This document shows, piece by piece, positions 24,120 through 35,370 of a stretch of 64,000 bases of DNA. The notes under the pieces were generated by a model. That model was not told where the DNA came from and ran no database searches. It saw nothing but the letters and a program-made list of their open reading frames with translations. A program made the translations under genes and the position numbers. Position 1 is the first letter of the stretch. Every line of letters begins with the position of its first letter. Source of the stretch: the human T2T-CHM13v2.0 reference genome, Homo sapiens; the NCBI RefSeq assembly GCF_009914755.1, contig NC_060926.1. One strand, written 5' to 3'.

Positions 24120-25718
24120 TGGAGACATTACCCAGTGCTGGAGCAGCCCAGGTCTCTCCCTTGGCCCTTTCCTTCTCTCTACAGATACACTACTCCTTTG
24201 CTGTTCTTCCCATCTTGTTGCTTTAAATAACTTCTGTAATCTTGAGTATATATTTCAGCCTCCCTCCACTGAACTCCAGACTTCTCAATCTGTCTACCTG
24301 ACAGCTTTTGTTGGATATTCAATAGGCATCACCACATAACCTATCCAAAACCGAGGCCTCGTTCCTCTGTTCCTACACAGAACTGCCACCTGCATCTCAG
24401 GGGATGAGAATCCCTCTTTGCAGTTTCCCAAGCCAGAGACCAGGAAGTGCATCATGTTGCATTTCTTTCTGCTTATGTGGCAAATCTCAGCAGACTCTTT
24501 TCAAAATAAATCCAGAATTTGAAATCCTCACCAATTCCTTTGATAGGCTCCAATCCAAACTGCCCTAATCTCTCTCTTGCCTCCCAATTAGTTTGAGCTT
24601 CTCCTCCTGCCTGTGTAATGCAGTCTATTTTTGACCTAGAACCCAGAGGGAGCCCTTCACAGGGAAATCCAACTGCGCTGTTCCCCTGCTAACTACCTTC
24701 TGATGGTTTCCACCACACCCCACAGGCCTGATGTGACTCCCTGCTGCTCTGTGGCCTGGCCCCCTGTGCTGGTTCCCTGATACTCTGCTGGGCTGGTTCC
24801 CTGGTACTCTGCTGGGCTGGTTCCCTGGTACTCTGCTGGGCTGGTTCCCTGATACTCTGCTGGGCTGGTTCCCTGATACTCTGCTGGGCTGGTTCCCTGG
24901 TACTCTGCTGGGCTGGTTCCCTGATACTCTGCTGGGCTGGTTCCCTGGTACTCTGCTGGGCTGGTTCCCTGGTACTCTGCTGGGCTGGTTCCCTGATACT
25001 CTGCTGGGCTGGTTCCCTGATACTCTGCTGGGCTGGTTCCCTGGTACTCTGCTGGGCTGGTTCCCTGATACTCTGCTGGGCTGGTTCCCTGATACTCTGC
25101 TGGGCTGGTTCCCTGGTACTCTGCTGGGCTGGTTCCCTGGTACTCTGCTGGGCTGGTTCCCTGGTACTCTGCTGGGCTGGTTCCCTGGTACTCTGCTGGC
25201 CTGGCCCCCTGCTGCTCTGCTAGCCTCATCCCCTGCCACTCTGCTGGCCTGGGCCCCCTGCTGGCTGCCCATGCCTCTCTTTCCTGCATGTGTCATGTCC
25301 TCTCTATTCCTTGAATGTGCTGAGCTGTGAGCACTCCAGTGCGTCTCCCTGTGGTCCTCCTCTTGGAATACTCTGCTGTCCAACATTCTCAAGCTCTCTC
25401 GGGTCTCTACTGAAACCTCACTGTTGTATTACAGAGGCCTGTGCGTGGAGCTTCTAAAATGAGGAACATTCCTCGTCACCACGTTGGAGATGTCTTCACC
25501 CTTACCTTTCTTTATTGTTCTTCCTGATACTGAATGCCATTCAACAGGCTCCATTTTGATCGTTTACTGTCCACTCTCTCCCACTTCCACCCCTACTAGA
25601 GTGTCATTCATGAGGACAGGACAGGGACTTCATTTTGCTATTTTTACACTTTCTTGCAGAACCTATAGCACTCATATTAGTCAGGCATTCGGTATTTGTT
25701 GAATAAAATGAGTGAATC
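24120..25718 (+). mobile_element. L2 (L2a-like) 3' region hosting a VNTR
   Basis: 'gaactccagact...tctacctgacagc...ttggatattcaataggcatc', 'ttttcaaaataaatccagaat', 3' end 'tatttgttgaataaaatgagtgaat'. Confidence 0.72.
24769..25200. repeat. Minisatellite/VNTR, 18 x 24 bp
   Basis: Unit ctggttccctg(a/g)tactctgctggg; degenerate 24-mers continue at 25201-25248. Confidence 0.98.
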
Positions 25719-28089
25719 TTTGAGAAACTTCCAGGTTTTATAGAACACAGTTCTATAAACAGCCATAAGCCACCTGGATTCATAACAGAGACATGAGTGT
25801 GACACCGACATGAGCTGAGGTGTAAGGAAGGGAAGTCAGGATCAGATCAGAACTGGTGACCAGGTCAGCTCCAGGTCATCCTAACCAGGAGTCTAACATT
25901 CAGACTTGCCCAAAGTGGTAAGGGGGGTCAGTGGGGTGGCAAACTTTTGTTTGACTTATGCCAGTCTGGGTCTAGGGTGACCTAGTCTGAAAGGTGGGAT
26001 GTAAGAGGTGACATTTGCAATGAAGACATCAGATAAAAAATCTGGTCTATTTGGAGCAGAAGGAAGTGTGTAACTGGGGTGGAGAACATGAAAAGAGGTG
26101 GCGAAGCCAGGGCCCAGTGCTAGTACCAGCAGGGCCCCAGGGATGGAGAAGAAATCCCCGCACTGACTGGGCCTATGTGCAGAGATCTTAGAGCCACAGA
26201 ATTAAGGCAAACAGAACTCAACCCAAACAGACTAGATCATGAGTCTGGGAAAACACCTACTGCTAAGTCCAGACTTCCTCACTTGTGGGTGGAATCTGCT
26301 CCTGTTAGTTCCTTTCTCGGGGGTTGACATTCTGCAGGTGCTGCGAGGCGGCACCTGTAGCCTTGCTAAGCTGGGGAAGGCAGGGCTGATGCCTAACAGC
26401 CTAAGATTACCTTTCTGGAGGCTTCTCCAGCTTCTGTTTATGGTATTTACCTTCTGCTCCTTTTGGTTTGTTTACTTGTTTAAAGGAAGATTAAATAACC
26501 TCACACAACATTGTACCACTTGAAAATAAAATGAATCTTGAGATTTTTTTTCTTTTTCTTGCAAAGAGATAATGAGGTAAACAAACACCTCTCTCTTCTG
26601 CCCACCTCTCTCAGGTGCGCCTGCTGTCAGAATTCTCCTGTTATAACAACCTAACTACTGAGTACATATAAATGTCTCATCTGCAATATATTTCATGAGC
26701 CTCAGGGGACCCTGCAGCTCATCTCCAAGAAGTCTTCTTTGTGAATTTCAGCTAACATTCACTCTTCTCCACTAACGGCAGACAGCTGTATCTAGCTGAC
26801 AATGTAAAATATCTATTTTTCTTATTGTTGCCCCAAATTGTTGCACATTTATGTTTCTAGCCCATATTTCTCCTGTGAGCCCACACCAGCAGCAGAGTTT
26901 ACATCTTCACTTGGACATGTCAAATGAAGCCATCTCAAACTTCAAAATCGAAGTCTTCTCTTCATGCCTGGCTTACTTCAGTGAGTGACATCAATATCCA
27001 TCCTGGAATTGCTTATTTGGGTTAGCAACTGTTTAATCTTGGAAACCACATCATAACTGGGTATAGTCTAATTGCCAAACAAAATATGCAAGCCCAGTAA
27101 GCATCATCTGGACTTGGCAAGTTCAGTGATAAAGCGTGAAACAGAATGGAAAGTGAGTCTCGCGTGGGGTGCAAGGCAGAGGAAGACCCGTGGCTGTGCC
27201 CTCCCCTGCCTGGCCTTGTCCATCATCTGCTACTGGAGACTCCTTTCCAGCAGCCATGCTTCCTGACCGACCTCAGTGATGAAAGCAAATAAAATACCAC
27301 CACTTTTCAATTTTTAGAGGAATTTTCCTAGAAATAAACAGAAACCATCTTTTTAATTGCATCGGTAACCCTTTAAGAATATAAAGACCACCAGAGGCCA
27401 ACCACACTCTAGAGAGAAGCTAAGAGAGGTAAATAGAGCAATTAAATCAGCCATCACCCAGAGGACACTTGCCGAAAGGGTGAAGGCGTGATTCAGTTTT
27501 CAAGGCCACACGGAGTGCTGGACAAAGTTCAAAGCCAATGTCCCACCATAAGGCCAGTGTATCTGCCCACCCACCAAAACCTGTGATTTTCATTACACCT
27601 TTAGCCTAAGAGCAAATTAGAATGCACTTACTCTCTGGTTAACTACTAGAAAATCAACTATCTCCAACCCTGAGTCTAAGTTGGAGGTAGAAACAAAAAA
27701 AATCTTCCCTAAGAATTCAAAACCACAAGCAGAATCTCATATAGGTATGAGCATCAGATGCACATTTCTTGTGTAGTATTAAAAATGACAAGTCGGGATT
27801 CCGTGTCTCCAGCCCTTGGTAAAGCAAATGCAGTTCCTGTCTGAAGGAATTTACTTCAGAAATAGAGATACTCAGGTGCTGCCCCACAGCAGACCTCCTC
27901 AGCTAAGATCTTTAAACATGTACACATACAGAAATTCCACAGGGAAAGTTTCAATGAACAGGAAGTCACAGCAGTAAAAAATAAAATGACAGGGAATCAA
28001 GACACTATGACGAATAAACAAAAAACAATATAATCCTAAAAGAAAGACGTCAAATACTGACCTAACAAGACACCGAATGTCTCATAACA

Positions 28090-28250
28090 TGGTTTCTGAA
28101 AATTTATGAACCACCTCGTGATATTTTTATTTTCTTATCATGAAATTTTAACTCAGTAGGTCTGAGAGTTGGGCTTCATATTCTGCCTTTCTAGCAAGCT
28201 CCAAAGTTTTACCACTGCTGCTGATCTGTGGACCATACATTAAGTAATAA
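28090..28250. mobile_element. MER5A-like hAT DNA transposon remnant
   Basis: 'tcagtaggtctg...tgcctttctagcaagctcc...gctgctgatctgtggaccatacattaagta'. Confidence 0.6.
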
Positions 28251-28272
28251 AGTTTTGATATTGTGTTTAATA

Positions 28273-28430
28273 TGTTACATTAGTTTTTCATTGTTGCTGT
28301 GAAGAAGTACCACAATGTTGAGTCTTGAAGCAATAAAAATTTATTATCTCACAGCTCTGTAGGTTAGAAGTCCAATTTGGTGCATTTGAGCTCCTGACTG
28401 CAGGTTTTACAAAGCATAAAATCAGGTGGT
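28273..28430 (-). mobile_element. MLT1 LTR fragment (3' end)
   Basis: 'attagtttttcattgttgctgtgaagaagtaccaca...aatttattatctcacagctctgtaggttagaagtcca'. Confidence 0.65.
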
Positions 28431-28524
28431 AAAAATAAATACACAAATATATTTGCATGTATATGTGCATATAATAATAATATAGTTGTAATGAACTAAA
28501 ATGCGCAGTTAAAAGACAAAGACT

Positions 28525-28892
28525 TGATGGGAGTAGCATTGAATCTATAAACTACTTTGGGCAGTATGGCCATTTTCATGATGATGATTCTTCCTCTCCA
28601 TGAGCATGGAATATTTTTCCATTTGTTTGTGCCCTCTCTTATTTCCTTGAGAAGTGGTTTGTAATTCTCCTTGAACAGGTCCTTCACGACCCTTCTAAGT
28701 TGTATTCCTAGGTATTTTATGCTCTTTGTAACAATTGCGAATGAGAGTTCACTCATGATTTGGCTATCTGTTTGTCTACTATTAGTATATAGGAATGCCT
28801 GTGAGTTTTGCACATTGATTTTGTATCCTGAGACTTTGCTGAAGTTGCTTATCAGCTTAAGGAGTTTTGGGATTGAGATAATGGGGTTTTCT
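28525..28892 (-). mobile_element. Internal L1P ORF2 fragment (RT/thumb region), non-coding relic
   Basis: Translation SQAFLYTN...IKYLGIQL...[30 protein letters not shown] matches L1 ORF2p; no 3'UTR or poly(A). Confidence 0.92.
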
Positions 28893-28959
28893 TATTACAT
28901 GTTCTCTTTTGTAGTACTTACAACAGATGTAATTATATATTTATTTATCCCTGATTTAA

Positions 28960-30100
28960 TTCTTTATTTTTAGCTTTCATTAATTTACATACAGTAAAAA
29001 TCACTTTTTGATAAATTCATGGAACTATGTTTAATGAGCAGCACAATCAAGTATAGAAGTGTTCTGTCACTCAAAATAATGACACTAATGCTTTCCCTTC
29101 CACCTCACTCGTCAACCCTGAAAGCCACTGAGCTATTCTTCAACTCTATAGTTTTACTTTTTCAGAATGTCACATAAATGGAAGAAAATATAGCACATAG
29201 TCTTTTGAGTCTGTTTTTTTTCACATGTCTTAAAGTATGTGAAATTTACCTTTGTTATGGCATGCATCATAGTTCACAATTGTTGTTACTGAGTAATATT
29301 AGTGTACTATGTTTTATTCATTCACCATTAAGGTCATTTAAATTATTTCTCTTTTTGGTGATTATTAATAAAGCCTCTATAAACTTTTGCAAATAGATTT
29401 TCATATAAGTTCCATTTTTAAATTTCTTTTGAATAGGATTGGTCACACAATAAGTTTATGGTTAAATTTATATAAGACTGAAAAGCTGTTTTCCAAAGTA
29501 GCTTACTGTCTTGCCTTCCCCCTAGCAATGCATGACAGTCCCTGTTGCAGCACATTTTCACCAGGACTTAAGCTTGCCATTTATTATTATTAAATTTTCA
29601 GCCATTCTAACAAGTGTACAGTGGTTTCACCTTGTGGCTTTAATATACATTTATGTAATGACCAATGATATTGAGTATCTTTTCATATGCTTAAATGACC
29701 ATTTTTTATTGTTAAATTTTGTAAGTTCTTGAGCAAACTATCACAAGGACAGAAAACCAAACATTGCATGTTCTCACTCATAGGTGGGAATTGAACAATG
29801 AGAACACCTGGACACAGGGAGGGGAACATCACACCCTAGGGCCTGTCATGGGGTGGGGGGAGGGGGGAGGGATAGCATTCGGAAAAATATCTAATGGAAA
29901 TGATGAGTTAATGGGTACAGCAAACCAACATGGCACATGTATACATATGTAACAAACCTGCACATTGTGCACATGTACCCTAGAACTTAAAGTATAATAA
30001 TAATAAAAAAAATTTGTAAGTCATTTATATATTGTGGGAAAATGTTTGCCAGACACTTGGCAGGTAAGTATTTTCTCCCAGTCTATGGCTTGTTTGCATT
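28960..30100 (-). mobile_element. Old L1M (MB/ME-type) 3' end, interrupted by L1PA
   Basis: 'atttacatacagtaaaa', 'ttttcagaatgtcacataaatggaa', 'ttcagccattctaacaagtgtacagtggtttcaccttgtgg'. Confidence 0.75.
29727..30012 (+). mobile_element. L1PA (PA4-PA6-like) 3' end with poly(A)
   Basis: 'gagcaaactatcacaaggacagaaaaccaaaca...gtaccctagaacttaaagtataataataataaaaaaaa'; degenerate TSD aaatt(t)tgtaagt. Confidence 0.93.
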
Positions 30101-30583
30101 CTAACAACAAGTAAAAATCTGGGCAAACTAAAAAGTCAATCACTGTTCTTAGCTATGCAAGAGAAATGAGGTCACAGAGCAAACTGCTGCCCCCTAAATT
30201 GAAGATCTATTGGTGAATAGTGAATACAGAGAATAACAACCTAGCAGAGCAGAAAGCTCTGTGAGAACTAGTACCGGGATAGGGAAATCTGAACTGTAAT
30301 TGATGAACTACTAAAGGCTCCGTGTGAATAAATCTGACAGTTAAAAACTCCTAGGAGACTCAATCATAGGGAAGCCCCCCTTTCAAGAGTTTTACCTCAA
30401 AAAGCTCTTCAAGGTCCCCATAGGGAATATCAGATAAAAATTCCCTTAAAATTCCTTTTTGCATCTGGCAGGGAGAGGGGAAAATGAATCATTTTGGAAT
30501 ATAACAGAGTACTATGTTCTTCTTAACAAGGCTTGTCCTCAGGAGGAATTAATTAACCATAGCCCAACCTGCTGGGTTTTTAA

Positions 30584-30873
30584 TTTTTTTTTTTTTAAGA
30601 GAGACAGAGTCTTATTCTGTCACCCAGACTGTGCAATGGCATGATCATAGCTCACTCTTAGCTTTGGACCCCTGAGCTCAAGTGATCCTCTTGCTTTGGC
30701 CTCCCAAGTAGCTAGGACTACAGAAGTGTGTCACCATGCCCAGCTAGTTTCCATTTTACTTTTTGTGGAGATGGGGTCTCACTATGTTATCCAGGCTAGT
30801 CTCAAACTCCTGGCCTCAAGCAATCCTCTCATCTTGGCCTCCCAAAGCCAGGTGTGAGCCACTGAACCTGGCC
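30584..30873 (-). mobile_element. AluJ
   Basis: J diagnostics 'gatcatagctcact', 'ctcaagtgatcctc', 'ggtctcactatgtt'. Confidence 0.9.
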
Positions 30874-31803
30874 TTACTGTGGTTTTATCAGAGCCTAAGG
30901 GACCTGGGGAAGGGAATACCCAACTCCCACCCTCTCTGACCATTCTGTCCCACCTGTGGAGGGGGTGGAGGGGAAGACTGGGGAGCATTTGTGAAGTTCA
31001 AAGACTGAGACCTAAATAGGACTATAAAATGTTTCCCTTCTCTTCATACCTTACTACTATATTACTAAAAACTTGTGTACAGCAGTTCCTTTTACCCAGT
31101 ATATCATGTTTACCCAGTATATCATTACAGGACATACCAGAAGGTCAAAACTTAGTTTGAAGAGACACAATACGTATTGAAACCAGATTCAGATATGATA
31201 AAGTTGTTGGAATTATCAGACCAGAAATTTAAAACAACTATGATTAATATGCTAAGGTCTCTAATGAATAAAGTAGGCAGCATACAAGAACAGATGTGCA
31301 ATGTAGGCAGAGAGATAGAAATTCTAAGAAAGAACAAAAAGGAATGCTACAGTATTAAAAGCACTGTAACAGAAGTGAAGAATGCCTTTGATGGGCTAAC
31401 TAGTAGACTAGACAGGGCTGAGGAAACAATCTTTGAGCTTGAAGATATCTCAATCAAAACCTATAAACTGAAAAGCAAAGAGAAAAAAGACTGAAACAAA
31501 ACCAAACCAGAACAGCATTTCCAAAACTGTGAGGCAATTCCAAAGATGTAACATTTGTGTGATAGAGATACCAGAAGAAGAAGAAAGAGAGAAAGGAACA
31601 AAAGAAATATTTAAAACAATAATGGCTGAGAATTGTCCCCAAATTAATGCCAGACACCAAACCACAGATCCATGAAGCTCCAAAAACACCATGCAGGATA
31701 AATGGCAGGAACACCACACCTAGGTATATCATTTTGAAATGACAGAAAAACAAATATAAAGAAAAAAGTCCTGAAAGAAGCCAAAGGGGAATACCTTACC
31801 AAT

Positions 31804-32217
31804 TGATATGGTTTGGATCTGTGTCCCCACCCAAATCTCATGTTCAGTTGTAATCACCAGTGTTGGAGGTAGGGCTTGGTGGGAGGTGATTGGATCATGG
31901 GGGTGGATTTTTCATGAATGGTTTAGTACCATCCTCTTGCTACTCTCTTCACCATAGTGAATTCTCACAAGATCTAGCTGTTTAAAAGTATGTGGCACTT
32001 CCCTCCTTGCTCTCTTGTGCCTCCCTTTATCACGTGAACTGCCTGCTCCTACTTTGCCTTCCCCATGAGTAAAAGCTCCCCTGAGACCTCCCCAGAAGCA
32101 GATGCAGCCCTGCTTCCCTTGCAGCCTGCAGAACTCTGAGAAAATTAAACCACTTTTCTGATAAATTGCTCAGTCTTAGGATTTATTTTTATAGCAATGT
32201 GAGAATGGACTAATTTA
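31804..32217 (+). mobile_element. MSTB-like solo LTR
   Basis: TGATATGGTTTGGATCTGTGTCCCC start; TSD CCAAT at 31799-31803 and 32218-32222. Confidence 0.9.
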
Positions 32218-32359
32218 CCAATTGAAGAACAAAGATAAGAATTACATCTGACTTCTATGTAGAAAGCATGCAAGCAAGAGAGTGTAATGAAATATTTAAA
32301 GTTTTGAGAGAGAAGAAAACCATTGTCTTAGAATACTGTACCCAGAGAAATAATATTAT

Positions 32360-32857
32360 TTATCTGTTTTATATATTGCTGGCTTTAATTTGTTAATATT
32401 TAGTCAAGGATTTTGATATCCATGCTCATGAGTGATATTTCTTTATAATATTCTTATAATTTCTTTGGAAATTCATCTGATTGTTGAGGTAATGTTGGTC
32501 TCATGAAATAAGTTAGGAAGTAATTCTTGAAATATTCTTTGGAAGAAATTACATAGAATTGGTAGATATGATTTCTTAAATATTTGGTAGGATTTTCTGT
32601 TGGAACCATCTGAGCCTGGAGTTTTCTTTATTGGAAAGTTTTAAACTATGGATTTAATTTATCTATATGATAAAGGAAATATCATATTGCCTATTTCTTT
32701 GGTGAAGTTTGGTAATTTGTGACTTTCAAGGAATTGTTCTTTTTCATCTAGGTTGTTGAATTCATGGGCATAGAGTTGCTCATAGGATTCCTTTATTATG
32801 CTTTTAAACTTCTATGTGTCTTAGTCATATCTCCCTTTCATTCTTAAATTAGGAAGT
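32360..32857 (-). mobile_element. Old L1M ORF2 remnant
   Basis: 'tatattgctggctttaatttgttaatatt...aaatatttggtaggattttctgttggaaccatctgagcctggagttttc' is antisense L1M ORF2. Confidence 0.75.
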
Positions 32858-33080
32858 TTGAGAGCTTGTTTGGAGATTCTAGAAGGGGAGCGCAGCTACT
32901 CATGTACACTTGACCAAAGACCCGTCCTCCTCTATTGGGGATGTTCATCCTCTTCAACTGAGCATGCAGCTTCAGGAGGGGTGCACGTGGAGCAGTGAGG
33001 GAGGAAGGGGACACCCGCCTAGCGAGCCAGATTGGCCAAATCAACCCTGGAGATCAATGGGTGACAGATGTCGCAGCCAG
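32858..33080 (-). pseudogene. 7SK snRNA retropseudogene (RN7SKP family; about 7SK nt 16-239)
   Basis: Reverse complement CTGGCTGCGACATCTGTCACCC-ATTGATC...GGCGGGTGTCCCCTTCCTCCCTCAC...GAGTAGCTGCGCTCCCC...CAAACAAGCTCTCAA is colinear with 7SK; roughly 10% diverged by eye, largely CpG decay; pseudogene number unknown. Confidence 0.96.
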
Positions 33081-34201
33081 TTGGGAAAACTGGCTAGCCA
33101 TATGCAGAAAACTGAAACTGGACCCCATCCTTACACCTTGCACAAAAATTAACTCAAGATGGATTAAATACTTAAATGTAAGACCTAAAACCATAAAAAC
33201 CCTAGAAGAAAACCTAGGCAATACCATTCAGGACATAGGCATGGGCAAAGCTTCATGACTAAAACATCAAAAGCAATGGCAACAAAAGCCAAAATTGACA
33301 AATGGGATCTAATTAAACTAAAGAGGTTCTGTACAACAAAAGAAACTATCATCAGAGTGAACAGGCAACCTACAGAATGGGAGAAAATTTTTGCAATCTA
33401 TTCATCTGACAAAGGGCTAATATCCAGAATGAACAAGGAACTTAAACAAATTTACAAGAAAAAAGCAAACAACCTCATCAAAAAGTGGGTGAAGGATATG
33501 AACAGACACTTCTCAAAAAAAGACATTTATGTGGCCAGCAAACATAGAAAAAAAAAAAAGCTCATCCTCACTGGTCATTAGAGAAATGCAAATTAAAACC
33601 GCAATGAGATACCATCTCATGCCAGTTAGAATGGCCATTATTAAAAAGTCAGGAAACAACAGATGCTGGAGAGGATGTGGAGAAATAGGAATGCTTTTAC
33701 ATTGTTGGTGGGAGTGTAAATTAGTTCAACCATTGTGGAAGACAGTGTGGCAATTCCTCAAGGATCTAGAGCAAGAAATATCATTTGACCCAGCAATCCC
33801 ATTACTGGGTATATACGCAAAGGATTATAAATCATTCTACTATAATGCACATATATGTTTATTGCTGCACTATTCACAGTAGCAAAGACTTGGAACCAAC
33901 CCAAACGCCCATCAGTGATAGACTGGATACAGAAAATGTGGCACATATACACCATGGAATACTATGCAGCCATAAAAAAGGATGAGTTCATGTCCTTTGC
34001 AGGGCCTGTGGATGAAGCTGGAAACCATAATTCTCAGCAAACTAACACGGGAACAAAAAAACAAACACCGCCTGTTCTCATTCATAAGTGGAAGATGAAC
34101 AATGAGAACACATGGACACAGGGAGGGGAACAGCACACACCGGGGCCTGTTGGGGAGTGGTGGGCTAGGGGAGGGATAGCATTAGGAGAAATACCTAATG
34201 C
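33081..34201 (+). mobile_element. L1PA (PA7-like) ORF2 C-terminus plus partial 3'UTR, truncated at both ends
   Basis: [15 protein letters not shown]..., [18 protein letters not shown] zinc knuckle; stops at 'ggagaaatacctaatg' with no terminal ~100 nt or poly(A); frameshifted. Confidence 0.95.
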
Positions 34202-34369
34202 TATACCACATTTAGCAAAGCACCTGTTAACATTAATATGTGTTTTTTCAATTGTTCAGTTCTCTTTCTCAGTGTAGATTCAGTGCAGTATTCATAATAT
34301 TCTGTTAAGATGGCTACATTGATTTTACATCTTGTAAAGTGGAATCTTAGGATCCAGGATGTATTCCTT

Positions 34370-34950
34370 TTCTTTTGCACATAACAAGTTATTACCAACA
34401 TAGGTTCTTAGGATAACGCATGCATGAGCTCAGTTTATGTGGGCCAGGTATAGCTTACCTTGGGTTTCTGCCCAGGTCTTATCAGGCAGCCAGGCTGAGA
34501 CCAAGGTTTCATCTAGGTTGTGTTCTCCTCCTGAGGCTCATTGAGGAAGGGTCCATTTCCATGTTCATTCCGGTTGTTCTAGAATTTGTTTCCAATGGTT
34601 GTATGACAGAGGCCCTCAGCTTCTTATTGGCTACTCTCTGATCTTAGAGGCCACTGTAGTTCCCTGCCACTTGGTCCTCTCCGTAGGTGCTTTACAGAAT
34701 GGCTGTTTGCTTCTTTAAGACTATAGGAAAATATTTCTCTCCAGTCCACTGAGTCATAGTCTCCTATGATGTAAAGTAATTATGGAGTGATATCGTTCAC
34801 CTTTGTCATATAGCATGACCTAATAAGTAGTGTGATATCCCATCACCTTTGCCATATTCCATAGGTTGAAAGCAAGTAATGAGTCCTATCCACACTGAAG
34901 GGAAGGGTATTCCACAAGGGTATGGCTCATTAAGCATCACCACATGGTGT
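34370..34950 (-). mobile_element. MLT1F-like MaLR LTR
   Basis: 'gacagaggccctcagcttctt', 'catcacctttgccatattccataggttgaaagcaagt...ccacactgaagggaagggtatt'. Confidence 0.7.
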
Positions 34951-35335
34951 GTTTCCCACAAATGTGTTATGTTTATTGCATGTGAGTGTCTAGAATACAC
35001 TAGTAAAGGGGACTCATACTGAGTGTGGGAGTAGTAATGTCTTTCTTTGCACTTCCTGTGATGTTCCTTGTTTCATATTTATATAAAATAGGGGAGTTCC
35101 ATAGGAAATGCCACTTGAGTGAATAAATGGATTAATCAGTGAGTACTTGGGACTTAAACAGTTGACAGAATATAGTACTGCTGACCAAAATCTAAAAAAG
35201 GTTCAGAATAAATCCCATTGTAAATTTTATTTCATTTCCCTGTTCTAAAGTAAGATTCCCAAGAAACCCAGAGTACTCTGTCTGATGGTTTCTTAGCCTA
35301 TTTCAGAGTTTGTAATTTCAGATTTTTACTTTCCA

Positions 35336-35370
35336 TTTTGGAAATCTATCCATCTGACAAAGGGCTAATA
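35336..35370 (+). mobile_element. Isolated ~33-nt L1 ORF2 snippet
   Basis: aatctatccatctgacaaagggctaata matches 33396-33423 at 27/28; flanked by tactttcca repeats. Confidence 0.75.

Larger units (their letters stand above)
30100..32345 (+). mobile_element. Old L1M 5'UTR/ORF1 block, interrupted by AluJ and MSTB
   Basis: ORF 31177-31494 (LELSDQKFKTTMINML...EVKNAFDGLTSRLDRAEE) is an L1M ORF1p coiled-coil relic. Confidence 0.8.

Noticed and set aside
26588-26640. Splice-acceptor-like ctctctcag|gtgcg
   Set aside because: No partner donor, ORF or transcript evidence; such motifs are common
32858-33080. Functional RN7SK gene
   Set aside because: Missing the first ~15 nt and the 3' ~90 nt including the terminal hairpin and U-tract; CpG-decayed; L1 sequence lies where the upstream Pol III promoter would be
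32995-34277. Functional L1 ORF2 or a 7SK-L1 fusion protein
   Set aside because: Frameshifted, lacks endonuclease and RT core; the ORF across the junction starts at a GTG in antisense 7SK
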